In this document: piece after piece, positions 1 through 13,078 of the stretch | How the letters are laid out: every line of letters starts with the position of its first letter | How positions within the stretch are numbered: the stretch's first letter is position 1 | Assembly (NCBI GenBank): GCA_043228905.1 | Contig: JBHGNT010000007.1 | Span: 3,162,001-3,226,000, forward strand | Reading direction: 5' to 3' | DNA from: Azolla caroliniana | Taxonomy: Eukaryota; Plantae; Polypodiophyta | Length of the DNA: 64,000 nt | Translations under genes and position numbers: made by a program | The notes under the pieces: model-generated | Databases searched by the model: none | The model's input: only the letters and a program-made list of their open reading frames with translations | What the model was told of the DNA's origin: nothing

Positions 1-31
1 CAATTAGGACCATCATTGAATTGGACGGAGG

Positions 32-103
32 GGGATATTTTTAGAGTTAAATTGAAGCCCTCTCATACCCTAAGTAAGAATCATAACACTAGACCAAATG
101 CCC
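32..103 (-). pseudogene. tRNA-Pro(AGG) pseudogene, degenerate T-arm
   Basis: Minus strand reads GGGCATTTGGTCTAGTGTTATGATTCTTACTTAGGGTATGAGAGGG..; 5' half close to tRNA-Pro, B-box destroyed. Confidence 0.75.
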
Positions 104-252
104 TTGCACACAAAGGTAGGCATTTATAAAAGAAAGAGCCTCATGAGTTGGGGGAAGGCAACAAAACAAACAAATCAATGGAATTACATCAACCATAGGA
201 AACTCGCTTAATGATTTTCCAATTAAAAAATGGTCAGTGATATTATTAAATG

Positions 253-324
253 GGGGCATTGAGAGAACTGAACTTAGGACATCTCAAACCCTAAGCGAGA
301 ATCATACAATTAGACGAAATTCCC
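253..324 (-). pseudogene. tRNA-Pro(AGG) pseudogene
   Basis: 72-nt colinear match to tRNA-Pro; anticodon arm CTCGCTTAGGGTTTGAG; many substitutions in the stems. Confidence 0.75.
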
Positions 325-833
325 ATCCAAAGTGGGTTGCATCATTGGCATAGGATGAAAGAAGAATTAGTTTAATTATTAAATTATGCAATTCCACATG
401 TTAATACTATTATTAGGCTTGGTCACTCCAAGAATTGAACTCAAGACCAAGCCTAGTAATAGACATTCTAAGTGAACAATCATATAACTAGACAAAATGC
501 CATTGCAAATAAGGATGGGTATCCTATAGAAGAAAGGATGCCAGATAGGTGCGAATATGTGAGAAACAAACAAATCATTGGAAGAAACTCCTTAAAGATT
601 AAGATATGCAACTCAACATGGTTAGGACTATTATTGAAAGATGGGGCAATCTAATAATTGAACTCGGGACCTCTTGCACCCTAAGCAAGCATCTATAGGA
701 GAAAGGCTAGATGCGCTCTATGGAAAAAAGAAAGGCTAGATGAGCTCTATGGAAAAAAGAAAAAATCAGGGTGTTCTAACCATAGCTTAACGATCAAGAT
801 ATGCATTTCAACATGGTTAGTACTTATATTAAA

Positions 834-905
834 GGGGCATTCTAAGAATTGAACTCGAGACCTCTCACACCCAAAGCGAGAATCATATCTCTAGACCGAA
901 TGCCC
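834..905 (-). pseudogene. tRNA-Pro(TGG), best-preserved copy, probably a pseudogene
   Basis: Minus strand GGGCATTCGGTCTAGAGATATGATTCTCGCTTTGGGTGTGAGAGGTCTCGAGTTCAATTCTTAGAATGCCCC; about 8 differences from the plant tRNA-Pro consensus as I recall it, including U8 and a D-loop G, mostly transitions. Confidence 0.85.
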
Positions 906-1794
906 TTGCAAAAAATGGTATACATCTTTATAATAAAATCAATACTGAGCTAGGCGTCTAAACAAATAAATCAATGGACTACCATGGACCTGAGGAAATT
1001 AACTTAATGTTTGAGATATGCATTTCATGATGGTTTAAGATATGGAATTCAAAAAACTTCATATTATTGAAGGGGGGACCATTATGAGAATTAAACTCTC
1101 TCTCGCACGCTAAGTGAGATTTGTATCACTAGACCAAATAAGCTTGTAAACAAGGGTAATCTACATGAAAGGGCTAGATGAGGGCTCAAGAATTTTTAGA
1201 ATGGAACTCAAGAGATCTCGCACCCTAAGCGAGAATCATACCTCTAATAGAAAGGCCGATGTCGTGATGTAGCATGCTTGAAGGTGCATGTGTGGAAAAA
1301 AGCAAGGTAGGGTGGCCATAGAATCTAAGTGATTAGAGCCATTGACTTAGTATTGTTGGTGCACAATTTGAGGCTCTACCAGAATGATGCAAATTAAGGT
1401 GTATTTATTCCCCTTTTCTTTTTTGAAGAAAAAGATGAAATATTTGCATTTAATGCAAATGAGGCGACTCTCTCCCTATAAAATGAGGGAAAGGGGACTC
1501 ATTTACTTCTTCTTCGATTTTTCTTCTTCATCATTTTTTGGGACTTTCGAGCTGGCTTGTGGAGAAGCAAAAACTCTCCATTTACAATGTTCGGGAATTC
1601 AGCATTTTGGAGCTCGAGATTGGGATTTTGCATAAAGTATATCATTTTCTTCACTTTTTCTTCGCTACCTCCACTTCTACTTAGGTGGTTGTCATGGTCT
1701 CCATCATCACCAAACTCGTTACGAGTGGAAGGCTTTGTGAAGGGATTTGGCTAGCTCGCTTATTGGTCCTTCAAAGGGAGCATGGGGTGGCCTA

Positions 1795-2212
1795 TGTTAC
1801 AGGTGTGACCATAACTTATCCAGTGGTAGTTTGTACAATGGCATTCTACACACGAGGATAAAAGTGTGTTGGTTAACTGAGAGCGTAAAGAAGGGAGGAT
1901 TATTGGTAATCCTATGAATTGAGACAACCCATAAGGGCCAAGTGTGAACTTGCCTAGGGGCCTTAGGTCTAGCTATAAATATGAGGCCTAACTACCCTCA
2001 TTAGACACATCATTTGACTACGTCGAAATTGCAATCTTGTGGTGAACATATTCTTGTAGCGAATGCGTCAGTATCAAGTACAACTCGATGCTATGACGGT
2101 GGAATGAGATGTCAATCAAGGCTCAAATCTAACTCAATCCCTTTGCTCTTTCTCATATCTACCTACCATTTATTTCCTTATTTCATGGTTACATTAGGAA
2201 TAATCTCTAACA
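1795..2212 (+). mobile_element. Solo LTR (same family as 55892-56345)
   Basis: TGTTAC...CTAACA termini, flanks GCCTA/ACCTA (TSD 4/5), TATAAAT ~1975; colinear with the reverse complement of 55892-56345. Confidence 0.8.
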
Positions 2213-2329
2213 ACCTAATGACAGTGCTCTCAACGGTCCACCTGACTCACCTTCCTCGAAAGCTCTATGGCGCCCCACTGTTCCCCTACTTCTCGTCCTT
2301 GTCTACCTTTAACCTTGTAAAAGCCAATG

Positions 2330-3047
2330 CTCGAAGGGTTTACTGATTCAAACATGTCAGGGGATGTAGATTCAAGCCGATCCACATCAGGTTATGTGAT
2401 GACCTATGTTGGAGGAGCATTGTCGTGGTAGTGAAGATTGCAGAAGTCTGTGGCCTTGTTGACCACAAAGGCAGAGTATATGGTTGCGGTAGAAGTCGAC
2501 AAGGAGTTGATATGGATGAGAAATTTTCTCAGAGAGTTGGGAATGAAGCAAAGAGAATTCTTACTTCATTGTAATAGTCAAAGTGCCATACATCTAGCCA
2601 AGAACGTTGCTTACCACTCTCAAACCAAACACATATAGAGAAGGTATCACTAGTTGCGAGAGAAAATGGATGAAGGAGAGTTTACCCTCATGAAGATCTA
2701 GACTAATGATAATGGATCCGACATGTTCACGAAGAACCTACCTATGGACAGACTCAGAGTCTGTCGACAGAAGATTGGAATGACTGACTCCTCTCCATAG
2801 GAATGAAGGGGGAGTTTGTTTGGAACATGTCCCTCCTATGGGAGAAGTCGACAATCGGTGTCTATGAGAGAAGTTGACAGTTGAATAGAGATAAGCCGAA
2901 CACTGGATGGTTGGTCGGATCGACCAACGAGTTGACATGGTTGTCGACTGCTCTGAAGGAGATAGAGAGAGTCGACTATAATAGTCAACTACATCATGGA
3001 TGTCCTAGGTCAAGAGAAGGCCAACTAGTTGGGTCGATTGGATAGCC
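2330..3047 (+). mobile_element. Copia 3' remnant (RNase H, PPT, start of 3' LTR at 2817), interrupted by Copia A
   Basis: Peptide QKSVALLTTKAEY...SQSAIHLAKN with stops; PPT GAATGAAGGGGGAGTT followed by TGTT at 2817. Confidence 0.8.
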
Positions 3048-3269
3048 TGTTATGGAAGCTTGTCCCTCCTGATGGGGGAGGCGGTTGAATAGTCGAAAAT
3101 CGGCCGAGAGGCCAAATGGGAGTTAGCTGGCCGAAATCGGTCAAATGGACGTACATATATATATATATTGAATTAGGTTTTATGTTAGGTATTACCTGCG
3201 CGTGTAAGTGACACAGAGATTCGTGAGCACATAGCTGAGAACAAAGAGAGAGAGTGCGAAGTAGAGAAG

Positions 3270-3271
<2 letters not shown>

Positions 3272-3352
<81 letters not shown>
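3272..3352. repeat. (AG)n microsatellite inside Copia A 5' LTR; longer counterpart at ~9120-9226 in the 3' LTR
   Basis: Pure AG run at the homologous position in both LTRs, with different lengths; poly-G run at ~3640-3662. Confidence 0.95.
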
Positions 3353-3353
<1 letters not shown>

Positions 3354-4393
3354 ACGAAACAAAGAAACATAGAGAGTGTGAGTTGCAAGAGAAAAGAGTG
3401 AGAGATAGAGAGTGTATGAGTGAATAAGTGAATAAGAAGAAAACAAAGGGACAGACATGTTGTCCATGGGCCAAAATTGTAATTCGAAGAAACGTAATAG
3501 GAAGTAGGTCAAAGTAGGTGAACAACCGTAAGGAACGAAGACAGTCGCAATATGCACAACCAAGAACGGGAAGAAGCAAAGCGCGCCAAAGCAAAGAGGA
3601 AGGGAAAAGCTATAAAAAGAAGAACAGGCGAACGATATAAGGGGGGGGGGGGGGGGGGGGGGAGAAGGGAACTATAGCCCGTGATATGGGATTCTGAGGG
3701 TCTAGGTCATACTATTACTTTGTTGTTAATTCCGGCCGTGGGCCATGTAGCTGTATTCATTACATACTCGTAATACATATAGTTTTGGGTCTATTTCTTG
3801 TGTTGGTATTATGTGATTGTTGTCCCTTATGCAATTGATGTGGTGAAACATTCTCTGCATACTAGCAAAAGGAAGAGACCTTCCTTACGTAATGTATTTG
3901 AAATCCAGTTTTCCGGTATCGCCTTGACCACCACGTACCACAACTTTTGGTCCGATTTCGGCTAGGAAATCAAAGGTGTCGCCTCCGGGAAGGAAGGCAA
4001 CAAGACAAAAGGTAGTTGTGGCTGGGAACTTTGGAAACCCTAGCTATGGTTTTAGATGCTCAGGGTTTTGAGCAACACCATCACCTACGCAGGTTTAGTC
4101 GTTCCATACCCTCTTGTTTCTCTCTGTAAGTGTTGTTTTTCTTCAAGGTTGTGGTATCATCAAAGTTCTCGGTGATTCCTCTAGTGAGCTAAGGGGAGCT
4201 CTTGTTACCTAGTTGTATTCTCTCTGATTATAGTGAAGTTTTGGTGACCGAAGAATACCCATGGTTTTTTCCCTGATTTGGGATTTTCCACATAATTGTG
4301 TGTTGCATGATTTCTGTTTTGTGTTTCAACATATTTGTTGTTTATCTCTGAGTGTAAATCACTTCAAACAAGTATCAGAGCACTAGATCCTAG

Positions 4394-7300
4394 ATGGAAG
4401 GAAGTATGAGTGGTTTTCCAGGGATGATATTAATTCTAAACTTCCATAACTATACTGATTGGAAGATCAAGATGGAGGTGTTGGGAAATAGGTCCCTTCG
4501 GATGGGAAGAGAAGAACCGATTTGGTGAGTAACTCGACCAAGGCCGATAGGCCGAGCCTGAAACCAAAACCAAAATTGAAATCGATTCAGAAGACTATAA
4601 TTGTAAATAGTCTAAAATTCCTCTTGAGGGCTATACTTGTAAATAGCCAGAAAGTTGCTTTTGTTTATAAGCAACTAGGGCAAACTTTAGTATCGTGTAG
4701 TTGATCATTATTGTAAAAGTTAGAACAAGGTTAGTTGCCTCTGTAACCGTGAGTGAGAGAATGAGAGTGTAACTCTGTAGCCATCTATCAGACGAAGGAG
4801 AACCCGAGGTCGTTGCCTCGAGTTCCGTATTTGTACTTCCTCTCTATCATAGTGATCTGTTTCTCTCGGGGTTTGTGGACCCCTGTGGTTTGTTTTCCAC
4901 GTAAAATATTGGTGTCTGTGTGTTTTCACGTTTTTCTGTCTATGTACTAGTTCTTGGTTTCTGCACACGAATACGAATGTGTAATTGGTTGTGGTCGGTC
5001 GATTTCTAACAGGGGGATCTTCTAATAGTTAAAGACATGTATGAGCCGATAGATAGGAAGGATATATCGATAGGGGTAATAGAGTCTGAGTGGAAAACCC
5101 TAAACAGAAAGGTTGTGGCAACCATAAGACAATGTGTAGACATAAGCATTCTACAACATGTAGCAAGTGATACAAATGCCTATGAGTTGTGGCATAAACT
5201 CTCTGCATTGTATGAAAGGAAAAATGATCTAAACAAAACTTCCCTAATGAGAAAAATAGTGAGGCTAAAGTACACAAATGGTGATAGCATTGTTGTGCAC
5301 ATTAGTACTTTCATGGGACTAGTAAACTAGCTAACATCAACGAAGTTCCCATTAGATGATGTTATGCAAGCCCTGTTACTATTATGTACTCTACCAGACA
5401 ATTGGGAGAACTTAGTAGTGTCACTTAATGCCTCTTGTAAAGAAGAGAACCTATCCTTACAAGTAGTAATGACGAGCATTCTGAACAAAGAGACAAGAAG
5501 AAAGGATAAAAGTACCTTGTCTCAATCAGAAGTGAATGTGGCACAAAACCTTGGTAGAGGTAGAAGCAAACATAGAAGTCCTGAAAATAGAGACAAGTCT
5601 TATGCCAGGTCAAAGTCTAGAGGAAGACCCATGTGTTTCTATTGTGGGAAACCTAGTCACTTCCAAAAGAATTGTCGGCGCCTTAGGAAGGACAAAGGCA
5701 TGGATGATGATGTTGAACCCAGAAAAATTTCTGATGATTAAAACACTTCAACCATTGCAACTAGTGAGGAAGAGATGTTATTCATTTGTGAACAAGTTGG
5801 TGTGAATCCTGCAAATGTTGAGTGCTCTTGGGTAGTTGATTCTGGTGCATCATTTCACCTAACTCCTAAAAGAGAACGTGTCTTATCTTATAGAATAGGT
5901 GACTATGGTTAAGTAAGGATGGGAAATGACGGTGAATGCAAGATTGTGGGCATAGGAAATGTGTGCTTGTTAACATCTATTGGCTGTAGGTTAATGTTGA
6001 AGGATGTACACCACGTTTCGGATGTTAGATTGAATTTGATATCAGCTGGACGGCTTGATGATGAAGGCTATAGTGGTAGCTTCCATAATGGTGCATGGAA
6101 GTTCAGTAAGGGAAGTCTCATTGTGACTTGAGCACGAAAGCAGAACACATTGTATGTAATGCATGCAAGATTGTGCTGAGATGAAGCAAATGTAGTGACT
6201 CAGATGGTGAGTTGTGGCATAAAAGGCTCGGCCACATGAGCGAAAGGGGAATGCATATCCTTGCTGAAAAGGATCTCCTACCAGAAGTGAAAGGAATACA
6301 TCTTGGAAAATGTGTGGACTACTTGGCTGGAAAGCAGAATAGAGCTGCCTTTCACTCTAGGCCTCCGATCAAAAGGGAACACCCCCTAGAATTGGTCCAC
6401 ACAGATGTGTGCTATGTGGATGCTCCATCACATCGTGGTGGACAGTGCTTTGTGACATTTTTCAATGACTTCAACAGAAAGTTGTGGGCTTTCGTGCGGA
6501 AGTCTAAAGACCAAGTGTTGTCAGTCTTTAAAGAGTTTCATGCAAGGGTAGAAAGAGAACCTGGACAGAAGTTGAAAGTTGTCCGAAGAGATAAAAGTGG
6601 CAAGTATAGAGGCTAATTCAAAATATATTATAAGACTCAAGGCATCAAACTTGAGTATATAGTGCCGAAGACACCTGAGCTAAATGGTCTAGCAGAGAGA
6701 ATGAATTGGACCATAATGGAAAGGGTAAGAAGCACGCAAAATTGCTGAAGTCGTATTGGGCGGAGGCAATGTTGACGGTTGTTTACCTTAGAAATAAGTC
6801 TCCCTTAGTGCCTCTAAAGGGTGATGTCCCATAAAGGGTGTGGACGGGAAGAAGTGTCTCTTACTAACACTTGAGGGTGTTCGGATGCTTAGCTTATATG
6901 CATATTACAAAAGATCAAAGGTCAAAGCTGGACAACAAGTCCAAGCCTTGCATATTTTTGGGGTACTCGGAAGATGAGTTCGGCTATAGGTTGTGGGATC
7001 TCCTTGATAAAAAGATGGTAAGGAGGATATTGTATTCATGGAAGACAAGACGATTGAAGATTGGAAACAACAAAAACCAGTGTGGTCTTCCCATTCATGT
7101 AATACCACTATGGATCCAATACTAGCTGACTTCACTTCTACACAGGTAGCTGACAGACAATAGTCTCCTGATGAAGCCGAAACTGAGCCGGCCAACACAC
7201 AATAGCAAGCTTATGCACATGAATCTGAGTTGGATGATGAGTCGGTAGAAGGAACTGAATCTGAGCCGGCTACTGAAGGAAGAAGATGCCCATTGAGGCA

Positions 7301-8900
7301 AAGGAAGGGCTCCTCTCGGTATCCAACCAATCATATGTTCTCTTGACCGATGAAGGTGAACCAAAATGCTATGAGGAAGCCATGAAAGATGTACACAAGG
7401 AGAAGTGGTATAGTGCCATGCAAGAGGAAATGAACTCCTTGCATGAGAACCACACCTATGAGCTAATGAAGCTGCCTACGGGAAAGAGGGTACTTAGAAA
7501 CAAATGGGTCTACAAATTGAAATACCGGAGAAGACGGAAGTACACCTAGGTATAAGGCCCATATTGTGGTGAAGGGTTTGCAACAGAAAAAGGGTGTTGA
7601 TTTTGATGAGATATTTGCTTTGATTGTGAAGATGACTTCCATCTGAACTGTTTTGAGCATGGTTGCTAGTATGAATCTGGAGATTTAATAGTTGGATGTA
7701 AAAACAACATTTTTGCATGGTGAGTTGGAAGAGGAAATCAATATACAATAGCCGGAGGGCTTTGAGGTGAAATGAAAAGAGAATCTTGTATGTGGATTGA
7801 GGAAGAGCTTGTATGGGTTGAAACAAGTTCCTGGACAATCGTATAAAAAGTTTGAATCCTTCATGTTGGATCACGGGTTCTACAAAACACAAGACAATCA
7901 TTGTATATTTGTGAAAAGGTATGATGAAGGTGATTTTCTGATTCTCTTGTTGTATGTAGATGATATGTTAGTAGTTGGACAGAATGCCAGAAGATTGCTA
8001 GCTTGAAGAAAGCTTTAAGCAAATCCTTTTCCATGAAGGATTTAGGACCGGTAAAACAGATTTTGGGAATGCATCTAGTCCGGGAGAAGACTAAAAACAT
8101 GTTATGGCTGTCACAAGAGAAAGATGTAACAAATGTTTTGCAAAGGTTTAACATGTACAATGCAAAATTTGTTGGATCTCCATTGCTAGTGATTTGTAAG
8201 CTAAATTCAGGTCAATGTCCGAAAACTGAGAAAGATAAGGCTGAGATGAGAAGGGTGTCGTATGCCTCAGTTGTCGAGAGCCTAATGTATGTTATGGTCT
8301 GCACTAGGCTAAACATTGCTTTTGTTGTTGGGACAGACAATTGATACATGAGTAATCCTAGAAAGGAGCATTGGGTAGTCGTGAAATGGATACTTTGATA
8401 TCTAAAAGGTACATCGAGTGTATGCCTTAGATATGGCTCTGGGAAACCTATGCTCGAAGGTTTCACAAATTTTGATATGTCGGGTGATGTAGATTCTAGC
8501 AGATCCACATCAAGGTATGTGATGACTTATGTAGGGGGAGTTGTGTCATGCCAATCAAGATTGCAAAAGGTTGTGGCTTTGTTGACCACAAAGGTTGAGT
8601 ACATGGCTACAGTGGACGATGGAAAAGAATTGATTTGGATGAGGGATTTTCTAAATGAACTAGGAATGAAGCAAGGAAAAATCCTACTCCATTGCGATAA
8701 TCGGAGTGGCATCCACCTAGCCAAGAATGCTGCATATCACTCTCCTACAAAGCACAATAAGAGAAGATACCATTGGTTACGAGACAGAATGGACAAAAAT
8801 GAGTTTGTTTTAGTGAGGATCCATAGTACCGATGATAATAGATAAGACATGCTTACAAAAATCTTATCTATGAAAAAACTCATTGCTTGTAAGCGAAAAA
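4394..8900 (+). pseudogene. gag-pol: Copia A gag-pol polyprotein, many stops and frameshifts
   Basis: ATG at 4394 (MEGS..), zinc knuckle CFYCGKPSHFQKNC, protease WVVDSGA, GAG-pre-integrase WHKRLGH, IN LVHTDVC, RT LLLYVDDML, RNase H. Homologous to the intact ORF at 18457-22530. Confidence 0.9.
4479..5011 (+). mobile_element. Solo LTR inserted in Copia A gag
   Basis: TGTTGG...CTAACA, TSD GGAGG/GGGGG; gag reading (KME|DLLIVKD) resumes on removal. Confidence 0.85.
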
Positions 8901-9116
8901 CTAGTCTCCCCCCATACAGGAGTGAAGGGGGAGTTTGTTATGGAAGCTTGTCCCTCATGATGGGGGAGATGGCTGAAAAGCTGAAAATCGACCGAGAGGC
9001 CGAATGGGAGATGACCGAATGGACAAATATATATATATTGAGTTAGGTTTTATGTTAAGTATCACCTACGTGCGTAAGTGAAGAAGACATTAGTGAGCAC
9101 ATAACTGAGAACTGAG

Positions 9117-9229
<113 letters not shown>

Positions 9230-9270
9230 AGAGAAGAATAGAGAGTGTGAGTGAGACAAAGAGAGAGCGT

Positions 9271-9460
9271 TGTTGTGGAGGATTCCGGCTACTAGGAGAA
9301 AACTCACCGAATGCGCATGAACAGGGGTGTGCATGGATGGACACGAAATTGTCTTTATGTACAAACATGTGTAAATATTTATGTCTTGATGAATACTAGG
9401 CGGTATGATTTAGATGGGTACTTTAATGTCCCACAGAAAGAGAGGAATAATAGGAGCCGA
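9271..9460 (+). mobile_element. Truncated LTR fragment, probably of the G (Trp-primed Gypsy) family
   Basis: Starts TGTTGTGGAGGA, resembling TGTCGTGGAGGA of G4, exactly where Copia A 3' LTR homology stops; preceded by GCGT; right end undefined. Confidence 0.45.
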
Positions 9461-9469
9461 GTTCGACAC

Positions 9470-12400
9470 AAATGCGGAGGAGGAGGATCGACCAAGGCTC
9501 ACATAAGAGGAAAGTCCAATCTCAACCAGGTTGAGTGGACCACAAGAACCTCCAAGCGACCAAAGCACGTCGCGGTTGAGTCTGAAACTGGACAAAGGAA
9601 AGGCCAAAATGCCTGAGTATGAAGACTCAAATAGAAACGAATCAGACCACTCACCCGAAAGTGAGCATGGTGGACTGGATGTGCCCATCATGAGGACACC
9701 AGGAGAACCACGTCACTCCACCTGGTTACAATGACTACATGGCATATCATTATGCATTCATGATGAGGGTGGCGACAATCCGAGAACCGGAAACCTTTTC
9801 CAAAGCCGTGGAGGACCCTAGATGGGTCGAAGCGATGAATGAGGAGATGCAAGCACTCTCCAAGAACGAGACATGGGATCTCGTCCCTTCGTCACACCAC
9901 CAAGATGCAATTGGATGTCGGTGGATCTTCAAAGTGAAGCACAACGCCGACGGTGTCGTGCCTTTCGGCTCCGGATAGTTGCGTGAGTCGGGTGGGAACC
10001 ACTGAGGTTTTGGACTAGGAGAAAGAAGAATATGAGATAAGGCTAGTAATGATTAAGAGAGGTAAGTTATGAATCTCGTGAATCCCATGAGTTTAGTGTG
10101 TTTAATCAATATTTAGATAGTAGGAGACAATTTAGATGACAAATTCGTGAATCCCACGAATATATTATATTGGTCAATCCTTAGAAAATAATCAAAATCC
10201 CCCATATACATCTTTCTCTCCTCCTTATATAAGGATAGGAGAGACTAAGCCTAGCTTCCTCCTTTTTCTAAAGTGTTCATGCACACTAAATGTGCACGAG
10301 TTGCTTTTCCTACTATACTTTTATTTCCTAAATCTAGGGCTCATGCACGCTAGATGTGCACGAGTATTTTTTTTATTGGTTTATATTTTTCTTGTAAATA
10401 AAGTATTCACGCACTCAAAAAATGCATGATTTACCTTTTAATAAAGGTAGGCATAAATAAAAGTCTTATGCCTATTAAATCTATACTTATAACACTTATG
10501 ATAAGTTAATACAATGGTAAAGTACTGGTTTATTTACATGGAGGTATAGGGTTAGAATCTTGCCCTATGCATGTAATAAATATTTTAATATTTTCTTGTA
10601 CTTAAATTAGATATATTATTTTTACATTTTTCACGTAGTGTGCGGACTACACTATGACAACAGTACTGTCAATTGGTAGAAGGCCCGACTTGTGGCAAAG
10701 GGCTATACACAGACACACGGTGTCGATTACAAAGAGACCTTTGCCCCGGTGGCAAAGATGACTACCATTCGCACCGTGATTGCGCCTGCAACAACAAAAG
10801 GGTGGCACCTCCACCAAATGGACATGAACAACGCCTTCCTCCAAGGTGAGTTGGAAGAGGGGGGTGTACATGATACAACGGCCCGGATTCGGGTCAACTA
10901 TGCATCCGAAAGAGGAGGTGTACATGATACAACAACCCGTATTCGGGTAAAATATGCATCCGATTGTTGTCTGCCGACTCAAAAAGCCTCTCTATGGTCT
11001 GACGCAGGAACTGAGATCATGGCATTAGAAGATAATCCAATATCTTCATCAAATCGGGTTCAACATGTCCAAGTCCGATAACACTCAGTTCATCATTCTT
11101 GCTCAAAAGCATTATATCCTCAATCTTCTCTACAAGTTTGGGATGACATAGTGTAAGTTTGTCACTACCCCTCTCGATCGAAATTTAAAGCTAGATGTCG
11201 ACTTAGGCACTAGTGAGTGTGAGCCGACACTCTATCGTCAACTAGTCAAAAGCCTCATCTATCTCACAATTACCCGACCTGACCTAAGTTACCCAGTCGG
11301 CCTCCTTACCCAGTTCATGCAAACTCTATGAGACATCCATCTCGACTGTGCTAAGCGAGTGCTAAAGTATGTGAGCGGAATGATGGATTTTGGCATCCTC
11401 TATAGATTGGACACACCGATTCGACTCAAAGGGGATACCAATGCCGATTGGGCCAACTGTAGAGCTGACCGACAATTGACATCTGGATTTGTTTTCTCTC
11501 TCGGTAGTGGTGCCATATAGACTTCCATTTTTCCATAATGAGAGGGAGTTTACCATGGTTAACGCAGTGAGAGATGTGGAACTAATTATGCGTTTACGCT
11601 TACTGTCGTGGAAGCTGTTTCTAAGAATGATTATTTGGAGTGGGTATCCGGTCAGTAAACAGTAATGCAATCATCAATAATGCTAGTGTCATCTCCTTCT
11701 AGATTAGATTAGAAGTCTCTCTTTTTTTGAAAGAGAAACCAAACCACCATGTAGTAAGAAATAGCTGACAATTGCATTGTCGAGCACCGAAGCCGAATAC
11801 AGGGGTGCGACCATAGCCGCATGTGAAGTTGTTTGGCTCAAGAGAATCTTCAAGGATTTGGGCATTCCCATCAAGGATCCGATTCTCCTCTACTACGATA
11901 ACATGAGCAGTATTCAACTCGTTCGGAACCCGGTCTTCCATGCTTTGACTAAGCACATCGAAGTGCACTATCACTTTATCCGAGAGCGTGTTCTAGCCGA
12001 GGATGTCGACCTGCAACACATCAACACGAACCTGCAAACAACAGACATCTTCACCAAGGCCCTCGAAGTCGACAAGTTGCGGCAACTCACAACTAACCTA
12101 GGTCTTCTGACCATTGACCAACCGAGGTTGAGGGGGAGTAAGGAATAATAGGAGAGAACCGACCATTCGATGCCGAAGTCGGAGTCGACTCAAAGCCGAC
12201 CCGAGAACCAGTCCGAACCAACCATCCGACGACCGGAAGTTGTGTTTGAAGGGGTGTGTTGAGAATCAAACTCAACTTCCCGTGTGTGGGAACACATTCT
12301 AGGATACTCAAGTGTGTGAACAACCCACCTACTTGTATAGTAACTAGTGTGTCATAGAAGTTAATGTTCTATGAGACATATTCTTTAAGTAGTTAAGACA

Positions 12401-12611
12401 CGACCTCTTTCCCAAGAAGAGGTACTAGTGAGAGAACTTAGAGAGAAGGTAAGTACATAAGCACCTCCTCCTTCTCTTTGTAACTGTTGATCATTCTTGT
12501 TTCCTTGTAATACAAATTTCTGTTTTTTCTGTAACCCTCGAGTTCTCTTTCTCTCTCCACATACACACACATAGTTATTCCGCTGCAGTGAATCATCATC
12601 GATTCTTTACA
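9470..12611 (+). mobile_element. Copia B, 5'-truncated (RT-RH pseudogene plus 3' LTR 12257-12611); same family as Copia E
   Basis: [45 protein letters not shown]; LTR TGTTGAGAATC...CTTTACA related to E LTRs. Confidence 0.85.
9954..10659. mobile_element. AT-rich solo LTR-like insertion in Copia B RT
   Basis: Termini TGTCGTG...TATGACA (decayed inverted repeat), 4-bp TSD ACGG/ACAG; host RT KHNADG|TVN rejoins on removal. Confidence 0.75.
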
Positions 12612-13078
12612 CTCTTCATTCAGGACCTATAGCCGGTCAACAAAGTGACCATTTGAAATGCAAGGGTCAATCTTGTTATGAAGGCGCTCCGGCTCTTCTT
12701 TGTGCACACCGGATCGTGATGTGCTGGATTTTTTAATGTGCTCAAGACAGAAAAGGAAGGGGGAAGGAGACTTACCTCTATGGCAAAACCAAAAGCTTCT
12801 ATTTCATTATACGTGGAGAGAACCTTTCTTGTCAATCTTCTTCTTCTCTTACAACTACTCTCTTCTGTACTACTTTTTTTACCTAAGTTATAAGTGACTC
12901 ACATATGCAGCCAATTAGTTGTGAGTAGCTAAATAGTTGTAGATAGCTAAATAGTTGATTTGCCTATATGCCTAACAGTAGCTAATTTCCCAATAGCTAC
13001 TGTAGGAGATCTGACTTACCAATATGCAACATATGCTTTTGTTGAGCTTGTTTCTCAACACTCCCCCTCAAGCTCAAC

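Larger units (their letters stand above)
31..1246 (-). repeat. Degenerate tandem array (~7 units, roughly 115-240 bp spacing) of tRNA-Pro pseudogenes with related spacers
   Basis: Recurring plus-strand motif GGGGCATT..GAATTGAACTC...CTCTC.CACCC(T/A)AAGCGAGAATCATA..ACTAGACC.AATGCCC at ~32, 253, 420, 643, 834, 1074 and 1190 is the reverse complement of plant cytosolic tRNA-Pro. Spacers share motifs (AAACAAATCAATGG; AAGATATGCA..TCAACATGGTTAG). Confidence 0.85.

Noticed and set aside
1250-1794. TATA-like motif and short ORFs (1384-1635, 1557-1754)
   Set aside because: No recognisable protein similarity, termini or splice structure; left unannotated.
3025-3594. SLSLSL-rich ORFs (also 9062-9368)
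   Set aside because: Translation of (CT)n microsatellites.
9950-9960. Copia B and Copia C were both hit within a few bases of the same RT motif (KHNADG / KHDSNG, 35698)
   Set aside because: Two events by different families; cannot be distinguished from coincidence.
10855-10965. ~57-bp tandem duplication in Copia B RT
   Set aside because: Ordinary post-insertion decay with diverged copies; no sign of function.
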